Part shown: piece after piece, positions 25,960 through 38,900 of the stretch
How positions within the stretch are numbered: position 1 is the stretch's first letter
How the letters are laid out: every line of letters starts with the position of its first letter
Origin: Lytechinus pictus
Taxonomy: Eukaryota
NCBI RefSeq assembly: GCF_037042905.1
Contig: NC_087263.1
Span: 11,100,001-11,164,000, forward strand
DNA: 64,000 bases
Direction: 5' to 3'
Translations under genes and position numbers: made by a program
The notes under the pieces: model-generated
The model's database searches: none
What the model was told of the DNA's origin: nothing
Seen by the model: the letters and a program-made list of their open reading frames with translations, nothing else

Positions 25960-28740
25960 AATCCAAAGAGTTATTCTGTTTCCTTCTTTCCTTCTTTTAA
26001 TGGACGACAGCTGCTGTATTCATTTCAAATTCCCTTGTGCCTTCTGTGAACTAGTACCTCTAAAGAGCTCTGACGTGGGCCGTTGCTTCTCAAGAGTCTG
26101 TATAGAGGTTACAGTTCTTAAGACTTGCCTTAAGTGTGTGGTTGTACCTCTTGAGGGCCTACATGTACGTCCCTAATTGCGGTGCCCCTGCTCCGTACAG
26201 CTCTGAGTGCTAAGGATACTCCACTTAGAGGGGTTAGAGGGTAGACACTCTCTCCTGCCACTTGGTGTTGCAAATTCTCCGCGGAAAACGTTGGTGAAAC
26301 TCTTACAGCAGTTTCATGTGTCGGCGGTTAATTGGTTAAAGCCTCACAGCAATGGAGAAGTGCACCCAGGATTACTGCTCTGTGCACGGCAATCTTAATT
26401 GGTGGGCAAATGGATGCCATGGACTTGCCAAAGTCTCTTTGTCAGTCGGCCAAGGCCAGGGATCCGCTTCTTGTACCGGTGCTACCCAGATAGCAGAACC
26501 TTTCCACAGCCTCGATCTTTGTGTTGTTGATGATGATATGAGAAGGTAGAGGCGCTTTGGCAGCATGTTATAGTAACGGCTGAATCAATGGATTCTGTTT
26601 TCTAAGGCTTATCGTAACTCCTTCAGGCAGCTGCAAAGTGGTTAGTCAGGTAATTTATATCTGCGTGGGAATTAGCAACCTGTGCGCGGCCGTCTGCCAA
26701 TAGGAATGCACGTATTGTGGCCTCAAAACTTTGGTTTTGTCATGAAATCTTGGCAGGTTGAAGAGTTTTCCACCAGTGCGGAAATGGAAGTATACACCTC
26801 TGCCACATCAAGCAACATCACCGAAAACAGAACTGATAATAAGATCGGGGCAGGTACACGGCCCTGATTTACTCCGTTGATCACCTTGAACGGATCTGAA
26901 GCGTCATCGTTCTCTTGGACGTCATGGCAAGAGGTGATTCGTGTTACCAGCTTCTCTAGGCAACCAAAGCTTTTTGCTTAATTTTCCACAGCCCCGTCCG
27001 GTTCACGGTATTGAATCTCTTGGTACAGTCTAAAGATATTACATGGAGTTCCTGTTTCTACTTGCGGTATTTTGTCTTGTAGCTGACGGACAGCAACACA
27101 ATCGTGTCGTAAATTCCTCTGCCTGTGCAATATCCGCACTGTGATTTAGGGACGATGGTCTCATCACTGTGTGGAATTAGTCTCCTGAGGAAGTCCCTGG
27201 TAAGATTTTTGTTAGCGATGCAGATAAGTGATATCACACGGTAGTTGTCACAAGATGTCCTGTCTCCTTTCCTCTTGTATATGTACACTAGCTATGAATG
27301 TATCTTCTGTGACTCTTTCTGTTTCCCTGATAGACCTGAACATGGAAATCATTTGCTCAAGCAGCGTGTCAACTCCTTACTTGAATTTGTAGCTCAAGTT
27401 TTGTCAGCAGTAACCACTAGCGTACCTACGGGGGGGGGGGGGGGGGCAGGGGGGGGCACTCTGCCCCCCCCTGACGAGTCAAAACCCATGCAAAAACGTA
27501 TCTTTGCTCCCCCCTGACGGGCTTGAAAAACATTTTTTGCCCCCCCTGACGAGCTTTAAGACCTTCAATGCCCCCCTGACGAACTTGAAGAAGACCTTTT
27601 TTTTTTTTTTTTTTTTTGCTTGTCAAATTTTTTGGCGGACGGTTTTGCCCCCCCCCCTGTGGAAAATCCTAGGTACGCCACTGGCAGTAACTCTGCACCA
27701 GGTACCTTAAGGAGCTGTCTGTTTCAAAGCCTTGTAAATGGCAACCTCGGCAATGAGGAGGTTTGCAAATGATTTCTTTACTGGTATTTGGGGCAGAGAT
27801 GTAATTGCATTTTCAGCAATGTCTGACCTTCTTTTAAGAACACTCTTAAAGTTTTCTGCCCAGCGGGCAATTATGTATGCCTTCTCAATTAGCAAGGTGG
27901 ACTGCTCAGCTGACCTCATTGGGGTTTAACCAGATGCCTTAGGTCCATGATCATTGTGAAGGCCATCATGATTAAGTGTCCTCATGTCTGCATTCTTTGC
28001 TGGTGCTTATAGTTCCTCAGCCTTCTTTTCCCCACCATTTTACGCAATTTCAGCTGGCAAAGTTGCTTTGCTCGCTGGTAGTCCCTTTTCCCTTTGGTTG
28101 CTCTTCTTGTCATCAAGGTGGTCCTTTTTGGGTCTTGTGCAGCTTCTTGATAAGAACGTGAATGTCTTGTTCGTTTTCATCGAACCAATCACTGTGTTTT
28201 ATTCCCACGAAACCAAGAGTATCAACAGCAGCACTGTAGATGCCCTCGCGGAAGGACCCACATTCATCTTTGAATCAACCATGCTCCTGATCAATGTTTG
28301 ACAGGCTATCCTCAAGATTCTGCCGCATTGCTCTCAAGTGGGAGGTTAGCTGAGCATTGTTCAGCTACCTGACTGGCTTGAATCTAGCTATATTTTTTCT
28401 GGGTTGCTGTATGTTCATTAACTGCAAGTATCATCGATACTCTGCCACTTCCCCGCACCACTTCTCCATCGCACAGGGCTTGGTTCGGTACTAAGCGGTG
28501 CCTAGTTTGATATTCGGCGACCTGTATGCATACCTGCAATTCTTAATGTGAGGAAGGGATGTATAGGCCCTTCGCCATCCTCTAGTCAGCCCCCCCCCCC
28601 GTTCCCGTCTCCTGGGAATACTTCCACCCAAGAATAATGAGGTCTTTGTACCCTGCTAGATGGCCGTCAAAATCTTTCCCATCAGGATGTCTAGTCCATA
28701 TGCTAGGTTACAGACCCCTACTAAAAAGGCCCCTGTGGAC
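25960..28740 (-). mobile_element. Decayed RTE-like LINE, interrupted by a MITE
   Basis: YKRKGDRTSCDNYRVISL, IVPKSQCGY, RWAENFKSVL fragments; GC-richer than the flanks; boundaries approximate. Confidence 0.8.
27415..27683. mobile_element. hAT-type MITE inserted in the RTE LINE
   Basis: TIR cactagcgtaccta / taggtacgccactg; 8-bp TSD gcagtaac (27407-27414, 27684-27691). Confidence 0.9.
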
Positions 28741-31700
28741 ATTTGTTCACATTCTCAGGAAATGGATATGATATTTTATTGATAAGGGTATGAATTTTGT
28801 CATTATTAAGACTTATATTTGGTGATTTCATGGATTCTCATTTATAACATACGGATAAATAATTGAGTGGTGGGCTTCCTCATGTTCCTGGAAGGCATTT
28901 CTTCCGGTTGTTCATGTAACCCCATTTGGTGAGGCCACGATTAATTAAGTTCGATTCCGAATATTTACACAACATTATTGCATTATATTTTGAATTTTTA
29001 GTTGTTGTTTGTGATTATCATTATGCAATCAAAAATAAAGAATAAAAACTACCTATATTCTTAGCAAACGAGACTTAGTTTAAAGGCAGGATAATACGTC
29101 TAGTATTTTTTTTGTATAATGTTATTCCTCTGATCATGTTTCCCTCTCTATTCAGTTCTCCCCCACCCCTCTGTTTTTCACCACCTCTGACTCTTTCTCT
29201 CTAGTTTGCCTTCTGTCACGTCTGTTCTTTAATTTGATGCTTGCATCATTGTTTCTATTAGCCATTGTAATCTTTTGGACATCGTTCTCAAGCTCATAGA
29301 GCTTATGCTGATCCCATCATGTTTGTATCTTTTCTTCGTGATTATACCAATGACAAATGTTGTTTATTGTTGACAATGATTTATATAAATGTATATACGA
29401 ATAAAATCAATCAATCAGTCAATGAATGAATGAATGAATGAAAGCATCAATCAATCAATGAATGAATGAAAGAATCAATCAATCGATCCACCCATCCGTC
29501 CATCAATCATTAAATCAAATCAATCAATCAATCAATCAATCATTATACCCTTACTTGCCATTAATATATTTACATCTTTTTTACGAATATTTGATTTTTT
29601 TTGGTACATTATTTTTTGGGTGATGTGGCATTTTGTCCTGAATCATTCAGATGTGGACGTAAATTCGATAAAAAGGAAAATTGGTACCGCCCAATTTATC
29701 CAGTCATGTGCCATAAAGGCGATTCAAACTCACTTCTTTACATATCGCAAATAGTGTATATGTGGTATTATGACAAGTGATTGTGTGTGTCTGCGTGTGG
29801 GGTGTGTGTGTGTGCTTGAGGGTGAGTGTGTGTGTGTGAGTATATGTGTTGAAATTTTCCGGGAAATTCCTGTGGCAATAGGTTGAAGAAAATTGACATC
29901 AGATATTACCTGCATTTGTAAAGCTCACTTGCAAAAGGGGTTAGGTCAATTTTTCATCAAATTTGATTTTTCTTTTGTCTCAATGTATAGATTGTTTGAT
30001 TTAATTGATTGAATTGGAATTTATTCTTCATTTCAAACAAATTTACAAAGTAGGAACAACTCATAATATGAATAACAGAAATGAAAAAAGGAAACTCACT
30101 GGAAAGCATCGCTTGTTTATGTGAGTCCCCTGAAATAAATAACTGATTAAAATTTATCAGATACAAATAGAAATTAACAATGTTCAATAGAATAATTGAA
30201 AAATACTTAATGGGTTCAAGCTTCGTATGTTTTTAGTAGCTCTATAAGATGATACCAAAGAAAAGTTGAAATTGCCATTAAAAATTGAACTAAAATGGCA
30301 AAGAAAAATCACTTTCTTTTCAAAAGGGGTTAGGTCCACACAGAATGTTTTTGGAAAAGAATATTTTAAAAATTATGAAGACAAGTAGATTTCCATTATA
30401 CCCAAATATATGTTCTCATGGTAGGGTATCATGAAAATTCAGTTTCGCATAAGAATATTGCAATTTGGGAGAATAACAAAAAGTGAATTTCTTGAAGTAG
30501 ACCTAACCCTTTTTGTAACCAAACTCTTCTGAAGAGCTCATTTGTCTAAAGGGGTTAGGTCAATTTTTCACAAATTTTATTGTTTTCTGTCTCAAAACCT
30601 CGAAATTTTTAGTCTCTCTGATGATACCAAAGAAAATTTGAATTCAAATGAAAACGTGAATAAAAGTGGCAAAGAAAAATCTTTTTTTTTTTTCAAAAGA
30701 GATTGGATTCACTTCAGTTTGCTTGCACAAGGGGTTGGGTCCACATTGATATTTTTTTTAATATATAAAAAAAAATTGAAGACAGGTAGATATCTTTTAT
30801 ACCCAATTTTATGTTCAGATGATAGGGTAGTACATCATGACAATTTAGTTTCTCATAAGAATATAGACCAGTTCGTAGTTACTTCAGGGACAATTTTGGT
30901 CATATGACCTTTCAGTTCTGTCATTAATGATGGGTACTTTGATAATATGGTTTTCGCAGTTTGATAAGCGGTCTTTATCCATGTTATAATGTGAAATATC
31001 TTCTAGAGAGATGCACGCACCGTGAAAACTAGGGTTCAAAATTGGCACTACTTGGTGTCTCAAATCCTGAGGTGTAACACCAAAGAGTGTAAAAAAAGAC
31101 CAAAATGTTGTTATAACACAAACATATGTTCGCATAACGCCAAAATAATTAACACCGGTGAAGAAAAGACCGCATTTTACTCTATGAACAAAGGTAAACA
31201 CCAATGGTTTTCGCTGTGTATCTAATTACTCTGGTAGTAGTGTATACAATGCATTACGTAGACTACTTTTTATCATTTACAATTTGATATGCAATCATTT
31301 TGTCTAATTTTGATGAATTATTTTAATCAAATAAAGACCACCCCAAAAAATATTGATTTGTTTCACATGACAATGAAAAGAAAATTAGAATATTTCATAT
31401 TTGGTATAATGAAATACAAAAGAAATAGTGAGTGGGTGACGTCATCAGTCCCCTCATTTGCACACCGATCAGAATATGCATATAACTGTTCTGTGAAAAA
31501 AGCAAACTTATAAATGCCATAACTTTTTTATTTTACATCTGATTTTGATGAAATTTTCAGTGTTATGCTTATATGATTATTTTCCGTTTGATTCAAATCA
31601 ATTTTTTGTTGGTATGGACATTTCCTTTATATTATCTTATCTATACTTACGCCATGTCGGAAATGCAGTGCACGCGGATGAATTTTAATTAGTCATTTGT

Positions 31701-31809
31701 GCCCTACGCTGCTTCTGAATGCGTTCCCATGCGACTAGGCACTCCCCTTATGCACGCCCTATCCATTCGCATGTTGCTGTAGTATTATGCATGATAGTAT
31801 GTTCCGCAG

Positions 31810-32252
31810 ATGTCGATCTCCATCTATTTCTCAAACCGTTTCCCTTTCCTACGTAAACTGCACAGATTCGTGATGGAAAAACCATCGCACCAGATGTCGA
31901 ACGGCGTACAAAATGGCGTCGCAATCAAAATGCCTTCAGAGTTCCTCCAATCGAACGGGTACCACCACCACAACCACCACCACCACCGCCACCACCAAGA
32001 GAATGAGAAGCCCCTCCTCCCGGAATACTGGAAGACATTGATAAGCTGCCTATACCTGAACTTGGTGTCTTTCTCCATGTGCTATGGTGTCATAGTGGCC
32101 CACCAGGAAAGGCCAGACAGACATACCCACCCGCCCCTGCCAGATCTCATGGATCACCTACCCTTCGGAGCTTGGGGGACACAGGGGACAGAAGCATGCA
32201 CCATGATTCTCAGCATGACCTTTCTCCCTTTGGTCATCGCTCATAAACACAG
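31810..32252 (+). CDS. SMS-family gene, coding exon 1 (His-rich N-terminus, TM1, PLPD motif, TM2, ends HKHR)
   Basis: ORF 31810..32256; donor AG|GTAAAC at 32253; ATG preceded by ccgcag, a possible acceptor. Confidence 0.88.
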
Positions 32253-32728
32253 GTAAACACCAGCAACACATCTTCTTGAAAAACCAAATGGAGTAGAATG
32301 TACGCTGTATAGGCCTATGTTTTATCTGAGCAAAATGCTTGTTCAAGATTTCATATTCAGTAAAAATAAAAATTACTGATATCGACTTCCTGTTGAGTCT
32401 TTAGAAAATGTTCTTAAAATCTTTCTTTTTACTTTTTGATTTCTTTATGCGCATTGAGCACTCTACAGAGTGAATTTGGCGCTTTAAAAGTCACATGATT
32501 ATTACTATTGTTAAATTAGTACACCTTATTAAATGACTAAATTATACAACACTATTATATCAGTTATTTATTATTTTTATTATATTAATCATTATGGTAA
32601 TGTTTTGTTAATTCATATTTATTAACACACCCTCACACACACATACCCTCGCACACACACACTCACCCACACACCCACACACATACACGCACACACCCAC
32701 ATATATATATATACATATATATGTATAT

Positions 32729-32768
<40 letters not shown>

Positions 32769-32769
32769 T

Positions 32770-32808
<39 letters not shown>

Positions 32809-32821
32809 CATTATACATGTG

Positions 32822-32853
<32 letters not shown>

Positions 32854-32953
32854 AATGGGTGTGTGTGTGTGTGTGTGCGTGTGTGTGAGTGTGTGTGTGC
32901 GATGGTATGTGTGTGTGAGCGTTGTTATGAATGAGCAAATGATTATCATAATA

Positions 32954-32996
<43 letters not shown>

Positions 32997-33202
32997 TACG
33001 GTCAATCGGATCGGGGTCGCCCTAGCCACTAACCCGTCTCTGTGGTCTAGTGGTTAAGGCACCGGCGTTCAAAGCTGGGGGCCCGGGTTCGATTCCCGGC
33101 AGAGACATTTTTTCGGCATCACCAATTTTTCCAAAGGGTAGATAGCTCTGGGGAACCTTGATTTAAGCTACGCCTACCATTGTTCTCTTCATCCATTTCT
33201 TT

Positions 33203-33246
<44 letters not shown>

Positions 33247-35855
33247 TTCCAAACGGTAGGTAGCTCTATAATATAGTATAATATAATAGCAAAATAATTC
33301 AAGTAAATAAATAAATTTGTAAATAAATTTGACAGCATAATTTGAAAATGATGGCACAGATAATGAAAAGGTTAAGAGGAAGTTTGCTGATAAGCAAGAA
33401 GTCTGATCATCATATTACTCATATTCTGCCATTCTGGCGCAAGCCTCTTTTTGGACCCCCCACAAAAACGTTCCGTGTTCGCTCAAGCATGAACAATTTT
33501 TTTTAATTGCATTTCAAAGATAAGATTTCAGAGCATCTATTAACATCAAAATATAGATATCATAATTTGAAACAAATTTTGTATAAACTTTGCAAAACTG
33601 TCCCGTTTTTTTATATACGCACTGTATATATTGTAGTAAATTAGATTAATACAAACAACTTTTGGTAATTCGCTTGTAAATAATAAACAGTGAAAGAAAT
33701 GAAAATGAGAGAATAATAGATTTGTAGCTTCACTCAATGTCCCTCAGAGCTGCATGTCATCCATTCTGAATCAAAGGTTGAAAAAATGCCTCCTCCGGGA
33801 ATCGAACCCGGGTCCCTGGTTCTGAACGCCAATCCACTAGACCATGGAGACGGGCAAGCAGTTGGGCGGACCGAGTTCAATTAACAGACAGGCCAATTTC
33901 CAGCTCTTTATATGATTCTTTGTTTTTCGGTGCAGATAATTAATGTAAATAATGAAAAATGAGTAGCCGCGTGCCTAAGTTGGATACCAGCTAATACAAG
34001 CCTGAATACATGCATTCCTCAGAAAGGGAACAATACATTGAAAGATATTGGATGAGTACAAACAACTTGTGGCAACTCTGTTGTAAATAATAAAAAGTGA
34101 AATAAAATGAGAGAATAATAGACGTGTAGCTTCACTCAAGGTCACTCAGAGTTGCACGGCATCCATTTAATACACATCTGCACCAAACGACAAAGAATCA
34201 TTAAAAGATTGGTAATTTGCCTGCTGGTTAAAGAAAATGAACATATTTAAACGTGTTCAAATTATGCCATCTTTTAGATATTTAATTGTGAAGCTAGGTG
34301 ATATATTTTTATATTCAATATAAACCCCTCAAAAAAAGTTTAGAAAAATGTGTTTGGCCATTGATTTCTCCCAACTCCCAATTTTACACAATGCATATTT
34401 TACATTAAGCAAAATATCATTTAATTCTCTTTAAAATGATACCATGCTTGTTATGATCATGCCATTACGAAAAGAGCAGGATTCAAAAGCGTTGGATAAG
34501 GTCTGTATGGGAAAGCTGCAAAATACAGAACATGATTCTTTTGTCTGTGTCAATAGAGATGAAAAATCCATTCAAATCAAGCCCCTGCTTCTGTACAGAA
34601 GTGATGGTTCTGTGAGATTAAATGGTTTGAGACTTTGAGTCGTGGTTTGAAATACCCATGCATGTCTTTTTGCTGGTTATGCGTTTGCTTGTGCAGAGGT
34701 GTGTTCGATTCCATGTTAATGTTGATGTTAGGGTGCATGAAAACAATTAAAAGAAACTGCTGAGAAACTCACTCATCACCACTGAAAAAAAAAGAACAGT
34801 GACTCTCAATATTGTGTCATTTGAAACTTTTGAATTTTGACCTTGCCCCACATTTCAAGGCACTGCACCTCCATGTGAACCATAATCATATCATGTAGGG
34901 TATCACTTTAAAGAAAATTGAATTATCTATTCATCGATATTAATTACACATTGATATTTACTAAAACCGATGAGGAATTATCGATCAAACTTAAAAGAAA
35001 CCGCTGAAAAACTCACTCATCACCACGGAAAAAAGAACAGTAACTTTCAATATTGTGTCATTTTGCAACTTTTGAATTTTGACCTTGCCCCACATTTAAA
35101 GGCACTGCACCTCCATGTGAACCATAATCATATCATGTAGGGTATCACTTTAAAGAAAATTGAATTATCTATTCATCGATATTAATTACACATTGATATT
35201 TACTAAACCCGATGAGGAATTATCGATCAAACTCAAAAGAAACCGCTGAAAAACTCACTCATCACCACTGAAAAAAAGAACAGTGACTTTCAATATTGTG
35301 TCATTTGAAACTTTTGAATTTTGACCTAGCCCCACATTTCAAGACACTGCACCTTCATGTGAACCATAATCATATCATGTAGGGTATCACTTTAAAGAAA
35401 ATCCGAATTATCTATTTATTGATATTAATTACACATTGATATTTACTAAAACCGATGAGGAATTATCGATCAAACTCAAAAGAAATCGCTGAAAAACTTA
35501 CTCATCACCACGGAAAAAAAGAACAGTAACTTTCAATATTGTGTCATTTTGCAACTTTTGAATTTTGACCTTGCCCCACATTTCAAGACACTGCACCTCC
35601 ATGTGAACCATAATCATATCATGTAGGGTATCATTAAAAAAAAAATTAAATGTTCTATTTATTGAAATTAATTACACATTAATATTTACAGAAACCGAGG
35701 AGGGGTCATCGATCAAAATCAGATTTCCAAACTTTTTTTGAGGAGTTTAGTTTGTTTTTCTAGACTTTCCGGACATTGTAGCGTTTTTGTTTACATTCAG
35801 CACTTAGCATTAAAGAATGCATTTTCTGGTGGGGCTCACTTACTCTTTAGCACAC

Positions 35856-35933
<78 letters not shown>

Positions 35934-38900
35934 TTATATATATACATATATATACGTATATATATATATATATATGCACACATATATATAAGGGAGGGTG
36001 TGGGTGTGTGTGTGTGTGTGTGTATGCATGACAATTATTGCTTCAGCTCTTTGCAGTGCTGTTCTGGTTAGTATGATGTTATGAACGCTTAAAAAGCTGA
36101 TACTACTACTATTATTATTATTATTATTATTATGTTCAGATGTGTATCAGTATAGCATACAAAAAATTACAAATAAACAAGAACAAGATGGAACAAGGTG
36201 GAACGTAGTCGTATTGACATGAACAAATATTGATAGTGTCTGAGAGAAAAACATCGCAGAAAACATGGAATTATTCCGAAGCATTAAGCAAATAAGCATT
36301 TGTAACTTTAAAAAAGTCATGTGTAATATTTCTTGGAATTGATGAAAGTGAAGCTTAAGGGTGTGTTTTTTATATTATATTTCATTTCCTCCTTTCGAAA
36401 ACTATTGTAATAAATCATATGAAATAGTCAATGACGACATACATGAGAAATTGAACGCACACGCATTTTATAATTAAACTAGAAAACAGGCTCCTAAATA
36501 TAATTACTTGAAACGTATCATACATTATATCCTCGTCTTGAGAACTATTAAAATGAATGACATAAAATAATAGTCAATCAAAACAGAATCATGAATTTCG
36601 TAGTGACCGATAATTATGTGAATGCCGCACGTCAGGTGATGTTTTATCAACCCAAATGCATGCTAAAAATCTGGGTTACCCTACACTTTTCCTATTGATA
36701 GGTTACAGAAATACAAAACCGAAAATGAAAGCACCCTTTACAACCAGGATATATAAAACCAGTTCCTTGAATCAATTCTTAAGAACGTTGTAAACAAGGA
36801 AACTGGTATTCATACTATGGTAGTGCACACACTGTTACTCCATACTACCCCAACACACACATGACATGCATGATAAGTTCATTTATATTTGATAATACCA
36901 ATACAACAACAGCCACTTAAAACGAATTAATAAATCCTTAGAATATGTCATCTTTCACCAAATCTGAAGCTACATCTCTTGTTATTGATATAGCTATGAA
37001 AAAGAAAATGATACATGTTTTGTTTTTGTTTTTATGAAGAACATTAGTTTTTCTTATCATAGAACCAATATGCTTTTTGTTTGCAAAATCTACAATTGTT
37101 TGCTGTTTTTCTTATAATGCATTGTATAAATGGAGGTTCTATGGCTATTGGACTAAAATGTATCTTCCGAAAGTTAATATATAATTTAAGAATGTCGATG
37201 CTGAACATGAATAACATAAATCATTCATGTAAATTAGTCAGAGGAGCGGACCCTGTACAATACATTTGAGGACCCCATGCCGAGATGCCGATTATCTAGA
37301 AGTAGATAATATAATATATATATATATATAAAATATCTATCCAACTATTCCAGCACGACACTCTAATGCCATAATGTGGAATTGTTGTTAAGGGTATGTT
37401 ATGACCCGTAGGAAATCAATTTTTTTTTTATTAGTCGATGAAAATATTAGAGAAAATAAAAAAGGGAGAGAAGAAGAAAAACAAAAGTACTCCTTGACAA
37501 TATACTTCGATTTAATTGACCTTGTTCTATGTTTTTCTTTTAAATGTAAGTTCAATATAAATTTCGATTGTTTTCATTTATGATTGTGTTGTAATCATGG
37601 CCCTTGGAAGCGTGGTTACTTCAGGATTTTCCTGGGGAAAAATTTCAAATTTTCGGGACAGAAGTAATGGCCTACATGACGTACATTTTGTAGTGAAACT
37701 CCCTTTTTGCTAGTCAATTTTCTCGGGAAACAAGTATTGGTCTGCATTTTGTAGTGAAACTTTTCCCTGGTTGTAACTTTTGTAAACATATTCAATCTTG
37801 GCCCTTGTACCTTCCAAATATAAAAAAATAAATAAATTGATTAATAACATAAGAAATTGGAGAAGAATGATATGAAGATAAGGTTGAGAAAAGATAAAGG
37901 GGGAGAACAGCAAGTACAAGGAGAAGCTTAGAACGAAGACAAATAATAATAATAATAATGATGATAATGATGATGGTGATAATAATAATAGTAATAACAA
38001 GAAGAAGAAGAAGAAGAAAAGGAAGGAGACGAAGAAGATGAAGATGAAGGAGAAGAAGAAGGAGGAAAAGGAGACGAAGAAGGAAGGTAGAGGAAGATTA
38101 TGAAAGTGAGAGAGATTTATTGAAAGTATTTTAGTATTTTATGTCTATTACAAATTAAAGGCTACTTTTGATCACCCCCGAAAAACCAAATACATGTAAC
38201 CAGGAAAATCCATTACCAGCGTACATGAATGCGATTTCCCTAAAGCAGCGATCATGTGAAGAAACACATAACACTGTGTTTCGCTGGAAAAATTTACAAA
38301 TTAAAAATTAATTTTGATAGAGTTACCCATCAAAACATCTGCGTATGATATACCCCTGCTAATCATGTCAACATGGTCGTATGCAGTTTTTTTCTTTCCG
38401 CGGGGGCGGGGGGCAAGACCAGTTCACATTTTCAAACAAACTAGAAAGCGAGGGAGTGAAGAGACTGAGCTTGTCATGAAGGCTCTTCTGATTTTTTGAA
38501 AAGTAAAATGGGGGAAGGGGGCGGTACACAACGCAGGTTGGTTCCCACTGCAAAGGGCACAGCCAAACAAGAAAACTTTTTGTGATATATTCCCTTTTCA
38601 ATCAATTTTCCACGCCATTTAACAAAACCCGCATTCACACTTGACCCAGGGAATTGTAAGCAGTTCAATGAACCACATAATGACTTTCCAATGTAATGGA
38701 CTGTGTAACAACAGTATTTCAATATCAAAATTATAGACATTTTATTGTCAGGAAAAAACAATAAAAAAAAAAAAATTCCCCCATATTGTACCTGATTTAA
38801 GGGGTATTTGGAAGCCAAAGTGAATATCAAAATACAGTATCTGTCGCATACATTGCATAAGATATGATATATGTATTAAACAATCATGCTTTCAGTCAGT

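Noticed and set aside
28430..28740. HDV-like ribozyme at the 5' end of the RTE element
   Set aside because: GGCGAA and CCTTCCTC motifs are present but a double pseudoknot could not be assembled by eye; needs an RNArobo/Infernal search
33036..33107. Calling this tRNA-Sec or tRNA-Glu(TTC)
   Set aside because: Lacks the Sec long variable arm and extended stems; the TTC register leaves the anticodon stem unpaired
33725..33765. Hammerhead in the tRNA-linked module (ctgag.gac.ttgagtgaagct) and at ~34015 (ctgaggaa)
   Set aside because: Only a partial core; no convincing stem II plus GAAA
34750..35740. CRISPR-like array (also 48700-49450, 56600-57085)
   Set aside because: Contiguous tandem repeats without unique spacers; eukaryotic context; no cas genes
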